From assembly GCA_963693365.1 (NCBI GenBank), contig CAVNZM010000001.1, forward strand, positions 10,814,161 through 10,878,160: DNA of 64,000 nt. The letters are read 5' to 3'. Of this stretch, positions 43,112-64,000 are shown piece after piece (position 1 is the first letter of the stretch; each line of letters starts with the position of its first letter). This DNA is from Amoebidium appalachense. Taxonomy: Eukaryota > Protista > Ichthyosporea. The notes beneath the pieces were generated by a model. The model was not told where the DNA came from and made no database searches. It was given only the letters and a program-made list of their open reading frames with translations. Position numbers and translations under genes: made by a program.

Positions 43112-44011
43112 CGAGAAAGACACACCTTACAGGAGGTTTCGTTAGGCCAAATTTATAAATCCTTTCGGGTCAAGCAGGTGCGCATCACGCCAATCATATT
43201 TTTTTTAACCATTCGGGTCTAACCCAGCCCGGAAACCTAAAAGCCAAGGATAGACTTTGATGGTATTTCGGGCTAGTTTGGCATTGCTCGTAATACTCTG
43301 TACTAGCAGACATGTTTTACCCTTTGGGGTGCATGGGGCGTTGGTCTACAATAACTGTAGCATGTTGTGCACGTGGCCGGTGCAGGAGAAGGGATATAGC
43401 CATGCATGCCCAATAGATGCTTAGCTCCCCTACTGAAGTTTTTAATTATGGACCGTGTAAAGCCTTATGTTTTATTTGTATGACCAGTATATATATTTCT
43501 ATGGATGTCTACTTATGAACACGCACTTTTTACATGTTGTTTGTTTATTTATGGGGGGGGCGGGGGGGGGCACTTTTGTAGATCAGATGTAAACTTTGAA
43601 GGCGAGTGATAGTTATCTCGGACTTTTTTATGAATGAGTCATTCACAGTTATGCCTGTATCTTGTACATATATCATCCTGTGCTAATGATAACACAAAAC
43701 TTGGACGTGCACTGGTGCCAGTGTTGCTAGTCACCTACAGTAGAGCTATTCCATGGGCATTGCACAATTTAACCATTCACGACGGGTTGCCCAATTGTAA
43801 CTTCAAGATGCACTGATTAAATGTGGGACACTCACCAAAAACAAACAGGGGCCATCGGATCGTTGGGAGGAGAGCTCGAGCATATGCATGCGCAGAGACA
43901 TGCAAAGAGAGACTTGGGGGGGGGGGGGGGGGGGGGCGCGGCAGGATTCAATCGATGACAGACTCTGAGATTCGAGGGAGGGAGAGATAGAGCTCGAGAA
44001 GAGAGCCCCAT

Positions 44012-44043
<32 letters not shown>

Positions 44044-44563
44044 CCCCCCTCCCTCCCCCTATAAATCCCATCCTCGTCCCTTTCAAATTTCTCTGAGATG
44101 TACTAGTATATTTAGAATGCGCAACAACACACACGTAAACAGACACAGCATGTGCATTTGACGATGGCATTATGTATACGTGCCAGTTGTGCAGGTACAT
44201 GTATTAATTGCAAGCACACTCACGGACAACCTATGCAAACACAAAACTACAGTTTAATTTAACAGAAATTGTTGCATGCACATCCATGTAGTATGCGCAT
44301 ACGCACACAGAAAGAGAGAGGGGGTTTACGCTGTTTACTCGAGGCAAAGAGAGACCAGTCTCAGGTATGGGGGGTTTTGCTCGGAATATGCCCTCAGCGG
44401 TATGTCATGATCAAGTACATAGATGTCGGGTGTTGATATATATCAGGGTTTTCTTACTCTACGAAGCACCATAAAGACTAAGAAAATCAAATAGTTGGGT
44501 TCCCCGTTTTTTTTTCGTTTTTTTTTTTTTCGGGCTCCCCTGGGACACTCGGTATCAGTTGGT

Positions 44564-44604
<41 letters not shown>

Positions 44605-45924
44605 TGTGTGTGCTGGAAATTTGTAATGATGTGTTTCTCAAGCCAATCAATACATCTTATAAACAGGTCATAGTTACGTGTGTTTAGTATAAAATCACGG
44701 ATGTTGTAATTTTCAGGTAGGCTATCTTTCTAGGTGTCTGTTGTGAATGTGTCGTGTGTGTGCTGCGGTGTTATGTGGTCTATCAAACTACATTTGGCAA
44801 TACATGACCGTTTAAATTGGTGTGTGTGTGTGTGTTGTTTGGGCATGCAAACGATGCCACCTTATTATACTTATTAAATCTCCACTGTATAGCACCTAGA
44901 CAGACACAGTTATCTATAAGCTCCGTGATACACTCCGACCCGCGGTGCACACGGTTACAGCACCGAGCATTCCGCTATACATGAATCATTTCAAAATCGT
45001 CTTGGTTAACGTTGGAGCGAAGATATTCACAGAAGAATTGGGCCAGTGGCTATAGTGGTTCTAGGGAGCGCTAGCAGCAAAAAGGGGTGTCAGGGGACCC
45101 CTGAAGCTTTATTAGGGGTGATGGGGAGGCCGGAGAGAGAGGTACACTGTGAGGGGAAGGGGGATAATCATTGGGCAGAGGACTGGTAGGCCAATTGGGG
45201 GTGGGGGGTGGGGGGGGGGGGGTGGGGGGGGCATCATCAGTGATATTCTGTGAATGCTAGATCCGAAGGGGGTTGGAGGGCGGTGGCGGTGGTGGTGGCC
45301 GGGGGGAGGGGGGGGGGAGGGGGGGGGGGGGGGGGGGGAGGGAGGGAGAGCGGGGGAGGGATGAGGAAAGGGGGAAAAGCAAACTCCTCCCGGCTCCCTG
45401 CTGATTTTGCCCCTGGATTTCGAAGGAGACAAGCCTGGCACGAGTTTAGCAATCCATTCGCCGTGTTTCACATTAGTACTGCCCCTTTGTCTACACCCAT
45501 ACACACCGTGTACACACCGTTCTAATTAAAATAAACTACGCCGTGGCACGTATATACTCACATACATACCACCACCACATTTTCCCTTTCAAATTAAAGT
45601 AACCCCGGCCCTATATTTGCCACATGAATTTTCAACTGTATTCGTCACCGAGAGACTGAAAATATCGACGACACGAGTACCAACTCACCGGTTGAAGGCT
45701 ATTTTGGCACAGTTACTACTGTAGATATTTCTGTTGAGAAATGCCGGTCTCGCAAAGCATGGAAGCGGTTAAACGTGAGGGATTGAGTGGGGCAGTGACA
45801 AAATTTATGGATATGCCAATCATCTAGCAAAACTTGCCTCACGCCAGTTAGGCACATTGAGTTTCGAGTGAAGAGTGAATGTAAGACAAAGAAAGAGAGC
45901 CACCGTGGTGTGTTTTTGTGTTGA

Positions 45925-48372
<2,448 letters not shown>

Positions 48373-48756
48373 CGCCTGTGTAACACTTGCGTGTGGCCGT
48401 GGGTGTTGTAATGTATGTGGGTGCAGTAGCTATAGAAAGTGTTTGTGGCCATGGTTGGGTGATTGTCCCGGCTTTTGCAAATTTGCATGCGTACACACGT
48501 GGTTAGAACACCAAGTATGTGGTTGCCTCTGTTGCATTTGACATCAGAGTCATCAGTACATATATGCTCATCTCTCTCCTTAGATGTGTGTGTAAACACA
48601 CAAGCACAAGTGCACGTGTCCACCAGTTGTACAATATCTGTATTGATAATATTACAAACGGTATCGGAGTCATCACACATACTTGTTTTTTTACCTGTAT
48701 CATTCCTACCAAATATCATAGTAGTATTGCATTTTACAACGAACACCAAGCCGGAC

Positions 48757-48981
48757 CAGGGTGTGAAATTTGTTTTTGGCTGTGCCATTTTGTCAGCTTT
48801 CCACCAGCCTGGATGGCCCTAATAAAGCCAACAGCCGTTTTTTGGTGCCATTTTTCTGGTATAATTGGCTCTGTTAGGGCCAATCTTTCAGAAATTGATG
48901 GACCTAACCGAAAAGTTAGGGACAATTTTCGGACTTTCAGGGACAATTTTCTGGCCCTAAACCCCCTAATTTCACAGCCTG
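48757..48981. mobile_element. 225-bp hAT-type MITE
   Basis: TIRs CAGGGTGTGAAATT / AATTTCACAGCCTG (13 of 14 match); perfect 8-bp target-site duplication AGCCGGAC at 48749-48756 and 48982-48989; internal repeat AGGGACAATTTTC twice. Confidence 0.9.
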
Positions 48982-49084
48982 AGCCGGACCAAGGAACACC
49001 GCGTACACACCTGTGCGCGTAGGCGTGGTTAAGTGCTTGTGGCCCCATATATGGTAACGGCGAGGTTGCATGACTATGCATATA

Positions 49085-49405
49085 AGACATCACGTGTATA
49101 AGGGCGTGGGAGTTTTTTTCAAGTGCCAATCGGCACTGCAACCACCACCACGTGACCCACGTGTTTGCACAGTTTGTTGGTGGCGACCAGTGCTTGTTAT
49201 CAATGGCATATTTACCATTGGGCGAGGAATGTACTACGGGATCACCAACCAATCACACAACTTCTTGGCACATTCCTAAAAGTATTTTTATCTTGATTTC
49301 AGAATGATAGCCAATCACAGATGGCCTGGTACTGGTGAACAGAGTCAGAGGAATCTGGAAGAGCGTAGATCCTTCCGTTCGATTCGATATCTGGGAAGCC
49401 AATCC
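49085..49405 (+). promoter_or_regulatory. Probable promoter of the Mlx-like gene: E-boxes and CCAAT boxes
   Basis: CACGTG at 49091, 49149, 49158; CCAAT/ATTGG at ~49126, 49217, 49249, 49311, 49399; possible 5'UTR intron from AAG|GTACGA (~49420) to CTAG (~50309). Confidence 0.5.
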
Positions 49406-50363
49406 ACTGAATCCAGAAGGTACGATACAACGATGTACTTTTTAGTGGTCGTTATCGGCAGTACCCACTTATATTTTCCTCACAAAGAGCTCTATGCGTA
49501 TTGATAACTTTAAAATAAATGCCAAATGTATATCCAAAAAAGGCGATCCTTGTCTCTCCTTTGAGCTCTGGCAGCTGCAGACATTTGCTCTGAGCAAAAT
49601 TTGGGAAGATGTCGGCATACAATGGCATTCAATTTAGCATACCGGCGAAAATTCCGAAGCGTGCGGGTTGACGGAAATCAAGATCATCAAGTAGTATTAC
49701 TTGTCTAATACTGCTAGTGATTCGAGAAGGTTACAAATAGAAAAGACTTGAAAGATCTTATAGCAGATCAAAACCCGCTAAGAGTACTTCAACTTAAAAA
49801 AGATATATCTGTTGTAATAACCCTCAAGGTCAAGACATATATCCCGTTGCGCATTGAGTCATCGTGAGAAAAGCAGTTGATTCGAGAATCCGCCAAAACT
49901 AAGGTTTATCAAACAAGCTGAAGACTTTGGTTCATTGGCTTTTCAATTGATAATGATATTTTAAAAATCAAAATACAGCATTGTAAGTTTAAAAGAGTTA
50001 AAATCAGGATACAATAAGGCTGGCGGCTCAAGATTACATCACAGGAATTCCAGTATAGTCCAAGCGGCCAAGTCACTTTGCCCTCAAACCTACTCGCAGA
50101 CCTTGTGCATAAGTGTTTAAGAACAACAACAAAAGGAAAAGCCAGTAATAAGAATCTTTTACAATTAGCAGAAGAACTCAACCAGTAAAACGCATAACCA
50201 TATTTATTGGCATACAAAGCATACCCACCCGCATGGTAAAGGAATCTTTAACAGTAAGAAGCTAGTGTTTTGAACAGCTACAAACATTGACTTTGGAACC
50301 TGCATCTAGAACTCGTACGACCACAAACTGAAAGTAGCCTTTCTACACACAAAACTAACACGC

Positions 50364-51875
50364 ATGGCGACTGACATGCTCACGAATTTCAGCTCGGCTG
50401 GCAACTTACCACCGCCACCCGCGCACCCACGCCTCATCCCCATCCCCCCCCGTAGGGGCAGCACACCCATAACCACCACACACACACGAACGCTCATTCC
50501 ACAACAGAGACACAGCATATCCACCTCAGCACCCATCCCTATACCCACACAACACAATGTTACTGCCAACACCACCACGATGCCTTGCACCTTCCCCCCA
50601 ACCACCACCATCACTGACGCAGACAGCAGTCTTACGACGTCCCCTACCGGCTCATTCATTGACACATCCCCGCTTCTACCACCGATGGACTCATTGTGGC
50701 TACCCAATTCCCTCGCAGCACAAATCCAATTACTGAACGTAACATCACCAAATATATGTGCTCCGCCACTCGACAGCGTAAACCAACCGCTAATGCCGCC
50801 AGGAATGTACTCCAATGCGGGAATGGGCTCCCTGCCTCTTAGCATGGGACCAGGGATGACCGGTGGCATGGGAATGGATGGGTTGGGAGGGTATGGGCAG
50901 ATGGGTGTTTCCCCCTCACAGGTGTATATGCCCCCCATGCCCTTTCCCATGTATGTGGACGCGGAACAAATGAACGCCCCCTCAACCGTCATGTCACTAT
51001 TACAGCCACCAATTATGAACAATCAGCCTGGTTCGGTTTCTAAAGGGTCGAGTTTCGGGTTGCTCATCAAACAAGAACCCGGCTCGCAAAGGTTGGTGCC
51101 CCACACACCGGAAATAAAACGGGAGAGGGTGTTGGGCACAGTACAGGAGAGTGTGCAAAAACGAAAGGCGCATTTGGCAGCGGAGAAAAGGCGAAGGGGT
51201 AACCTCGGGCGTGCGTTTGAGGACTTACGTAAGGTGGTGCCAGCGTGCAGAATCGCGCCGCATTTCAAAAATAGTAAGGAGACGATGGTGAGGAAAGCCA
51301 TCGAATATATCAACTACTTGAATTCTCAAAGGGGGGATATGGCCGAGGAAATTCGCCTTTTGCGGCAGGCTCTCGACAAAAACGGGTTAAAACCCCCCTC
51401 GGAAATTGGACACGCACGCAAGTCAAGCCACTCTTCGGTGTGCACAGAGGGAACCTGCACCACCCTCGAAGATAGCGACAGTGAAATGGAAGAGGTCGAG
51501 GTGAAAGCACGTGACAACAACGAGAAGCCGGAGAGCATACCACAGGAGACTCGCATGCTCCTCCTCTTGTCACTACTCGATAGTTTCTTTGACGAGTATG
51601 TGACACGAGTGAATATCGAGAGCCCGGAGGCCCTATCTGTGTCCCTCCTTACTTTCCTACAACAGCACATGACACCAGAGAAACTGAGCGCTTCCCTAAT
51701 GGCTGCGATTGAAAATCTATCCAAGAATTTCAACCCGCAAACCGACGGGTCGAATTTGCGCATTCGGAAATGGGCTGACGGGTTGAACGAGTGTTGCCCG
51801 GCGACGTATCCAGAGGCACCGGCAACAAGGGTGAGGCAGATTTTGCTAAATGTGGCGAATTTTCTGGAATATTGA
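50364..51875 (+). CDS. MLX: Mlx/Mondo-family bHLH-ZIP transcription factor, single coding exon
   Basis: Basic region KRKAHLAAEKRRR (H-E-R E-box residues), HLH AFEDLRKVVP...SK..MVRKAIEYI..L, zipper, and C-terminal LLDSFFDEY...V..ES...LS..LL.FLQQH..PE.L resembling the Mlx/Mondo DCD. Exact paralog (Mlx vs Mondo) is uncertain. Confidence 0.8.
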   Translation: MATDMLTNFSSAGNLPPPPAHPRLIPIPPRRGSTPITTTHTRTLIPQQRHSISTSAPIPIPTQHNVTANTTTMPCTFPPTTTITDADSSLTTSPTGSFIDTSPLLPPMDSLWLPNSLAAQIQLLNVTSPNICAPPLDSVNQPLMPPGMYSNAGMGSLPLSMGPGMTGGMGMDGLGGYGQMGVSPSQVYMPPMPFPMYVDAEQMNAPSTVMSLLQPPIMNNQPGSVSKGSSFGLLIKQEPGSQRLVPHTPEIKRERVLGTVQESVQKRKAHLAAEKRRRGNLGRAFEDLRKVVPACRIAPHFKNSKETMVRKAIEYINYLNSQRGDMAEEIRLLRQALDKNGLKPPSEIGHARKSSHSSVCTEGTCTTLEDSDSEMEEVEVKARDNNEKPESIPQETRMLLLLSLLDSFFDEYVTRVNIESPEALSVSLLTFLQQHMTPEKLSASLMAAIENLSKNFNPQTDGSNLRIRKWADGLNECCPATYPEAPATRVRQILLNVANFLEY

Positions 51876-53193
51876 TAGGATGAGGGGTTTTTCTATTGGT
51901 GTGGAGGAAGTACGTGCAGACACACGAGAGAAGTATTCTTCGATCTTATCGATCTTTCGTTTCCTCATGGGCACACGCACACACACACACACACACACAC
52001 ATACTTTCTGTCTTTCGGTTTCCTGCCCACTATACCCGACAATTTAAGCAATATCTAGATGGGGCTTTTAATGCATGCTGGCGAACCAGAAGGAGAGGGA
52101 TATTCGGTTTACAGATACGGTCTTATAATCAATTCTTCTATCCCTGGAATAATGCAAGTTATTGTTTTGGATGTGCCGTTCCGGTATGGCAGTGTGTGTG
52201 TATATGAATTTATGCTAAAGGGTTTCTTTGCGATTGGTAGATACCCCCCTTTTTTTTGGCCTTATCGAATGTGCGCCTGCGGCTTAAGTTTCGTGGTGGG
52301 TGAAATTTGTTGTGGACTTTTTTTTTTATGTCTGGGAGAGGGAGGGGGGGGGGGGGGGGGGGGGGGGGTCATTGTTTGTTGGCTGAGACGAATTCGAATC
52401 TCTTTCATTAATAAGGTATGTTTGAATAGGTGTAGATAGACCAAATTTAGTATTTAGCTTTGGGCTGATTTGTAATTTTTCACCATAAAAAAAGAAAGTG
52501 GACTTTGATGATTTGCCTGTTGATGCACTTTGTGGACCACATTGTGATATTACTTTTAAATAGTTAGATAACTGTTGAATATCTACAGTGTCTTCTTGTG
52601 GTGCGGCACGCATATTTGGGTGTTTGATCGGGCTATTTATTAATTTTTTGTGCATATTGCGTGAATGGTGATTTCTAACTTCCATTAATAATGTTTTAAT
52701 TGGCCTGGCCTGCCAATATGTGAAAAAAAGTGTGCGGCACCCAGACAGGCGCTGGGTGTTGCCTAAAAACATAAAACTCTAAGTTCTATATTTGCAAAAC
52801 GAGCGCGATTGGTTTACAAGTATGGGAGCAAGCTATGGAAGCAAGCATAAACATTAAATTTGAGATATACGTTTTACACATCTGATGACTTCTTCTGTTT
52901 GCAGTATTTTAAAAAAGATGTTCGATTTATGATTCTGTGAAGATCGGGGTTCATGATAGAGATTTTTGGGGTTTTAGGTTTTTAAGTCAAGTTTGGTCCA
53001 ACGTATCGGTTCTGCACGACCATGTTTGCATTTCTCTAGGAATTCTTCAAAAGGGGCCGTATAGTTTGAAAAGAGATAACCACTCCTTCCATAGGCAAAG
53101 CGAATAGTATAGTTTCGAATTCCGAATCGGAATCCACAATTGATATCAGCACATTGCGCTGTTACAGTAATCTATCTCCCCCCCCCCCCCCCC

Positions 53194-53234
<41 letters not shown>

Positions 53235-53331
53235 ACACACACACACCTCACACCACCCCTTCCTTCACACTAATTTGTCCCATATACATTGAAACGCACA
53301 CCACACACACACACACCTCCCTCACACACAC

Positions 53332-53382
<51 letters not shown>

Positions 53383-54249
53383 CATACTATGACTAGTATC
53401 CATGCGCGTGCGCGCGCACACACACACGCACACACATACACACACACACACACACGCACACACATACACACACAAACACCCATGTACGCACCTGTACACA
53501 TTCATGCACACGCATGCATATATGCAGACATGTGCATAAACCATCTACCGCAACACGTACACATACACAGGCACACCCCCCCCCCCCTACACGGTGTCCC
53601 ACCACAGTCACACATGCACCACACACAGGGGAACACACGATCATTCGAACATGCACACCCCTGCACCCACCCACACTCGGTGAGAGGGCCACACACGCAG
53701 CACGCACATACAAAACAATATTATGCTTTTTCGTTTTCAGCCCTATCATGCAGAACATATTTGTACAAGCCGAGACATACATACCGTTGACTGTTTTTAT
53801 TTTATTTTATTGCAATGGTTACATATGTGCAGGGAACCACGATACAGAGATGGCTTCCACGGCTACTCTTGTGAAGTGAATACGTACGTACAACGCAAAT
53901 AGCACAGAGGAGATGGGCACGCACAAAACTAAGTGTAATCATGCCCAGTTCTCTTTTCTCAAAGGGAAATGCTATGATAAAAAAAAACAATTTGAAATAC
54001 ACGAAACGCCCAATCTACTTCAAAATATATCTCAGATTATTATCCAACTTCATTGTCACATTGCAAATTAAACTTCAAACTTCAAGCAGTTTCCGCATAA
54101 CTGCAAAAAAAAAAAAAAAAAAAAAAAAAAAGCAGGACAGGAAATTACACTGTTTTCGGAAGTAAATATACCGTTAATTTTCAGAAAGTACCAGTAAAGC
54201 CTGGGACTTAGTTCCACTTGAGTTGGAGGTTTGGGAAGTAAATTAAAAG

Positions 54250-54307
<58 letters not shown>

Positions 54308-55366
54308 AAAAAAAGCCGGAACTCTCGGTTTTTCTTGGGAAAACACTAGAACTTGCAATCACTCAAAAAGGTATATCTCAATACCGCATTATATTTCATG
54401 GCCAGTCCATATCCGGACATGTTGCAAGGCATATGGAAAATGCGGGTTGTGTTATCCACTCAATATCAAATTCTTATTCCTATATTATGATGTCTACTTG
54501 ATACGTTATATCTCCACTTACGTTTGTATGATGTAAGTGTTATAACACCGATTTTATTACATGAATATCTTTTTGGGTGGAAGTACTGTTGGCCGTGGTG
54601 CCGACAACTAATCACAGCTCACCTACATGTTAATAAACAGCACATCCCCCCCCCCCCCCCCCCATTTTGTTTGCTTTCTGGGCTTGTTGTATTTCGTATT
54701 GCATTCAATCTACAAATTTTCAGAGATACATAGTTCAAAAGTTGGTGAGGCTCGAAAGGAGCAGCCAACATAGTAAATTGCCCTCAAACATAAGGCACAC
54801 ATAAATTTTGGATAGACTTTGACAGAACGTTTTATATTATAGTAATATAAACGCAAGATTATGATATTGCCAATGAATCATACGGGGTCCCCGGCACCGG
54901 ATAGGTATACACATATCGGATAGATGTACGGAAGTAAAAAAGAAGTAAATATCTCCGGACTAAAATTGTCGGCGATCCGCCAGGTGCCAAATAAAGTAAT
55001 CCTATAATGTAATTTCTAGCCCTGAAAAAAGGGAAAATCTCACACGAAATTCACGATTGGGGCCATTCACCAAGAACCCACAGGCACCATGAAAATTTCA
55101 GCACGGTATATCACAGCATGTATCCAATACATATCTCATTCTCATATCCCTGTCATGTAGATGTATCTACGTATCGTGTATTTGACACATGTTCAATGTG
55201 GCGTTACATCAACGTGATCTCCACATATTCAAACCCCCCCCCCCCCCCTCCCCCCCCCCCTCCCCACCCCACCCACCCACCCCCCGCTCTCTCTGATTTA
55301 CATAGATATTCAGGCCCGTCTACATATTTGCAGTGAAACACATAGTCTATCTCACACATATATATC

Positions 55367-64000
<8,634 letters not shown>

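Overview
This is intron-rich eukaryotic genomic DNA. The gene content (Mlx-type bHLH-ZIP with DCD, TSP1 receptor, phosphotyrosine-like motifs) suggests a unicellular opisthokont or holozoan; that assignment is inference only. Introns and intergenic DNA are packed with poly-C/poly-G tracts and (CA/TG)n, (CT/AG)n microsatellites, so most ORFs in the track are spurious. Eight genes were assembled by hand from splice signals: a mitochondrial phosphate carrier, an intronless ricin-B/TSP1/TM/CBM20 membrane protein, a BAR-SH3 protein, an AIFM2/FSP1-like oxidoreductase, GFAT, a DEK-C + C2H2 zinc-finger protein, an Mlx/Mondo-like bHLH-ZIP, and the 3' part of a cytoplasmic dynein intermediate chain. Most notable observations: (1) a predicted single-pass receptor joining an extracellular lectin/thrombospondin region to a cytoplasmic glycogen-binding CBM20; (2) about a dozen copies of a 5'-truncated, structured, apparently non-coding retroposon-like element whose fixed 3' end runs into poly-C tracts; (3) a duplicated alternative last exon in the phosphate carrier; (4) many 3' splice sites directly abutting (CA)n with no polypyrimidine tract, often with complementary G/GT tracts at the intron 5' end. 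A clean hAT-type MITE is also present. Two homopolymer frameshifts and one missing acceptor AG are probably consensus errors.
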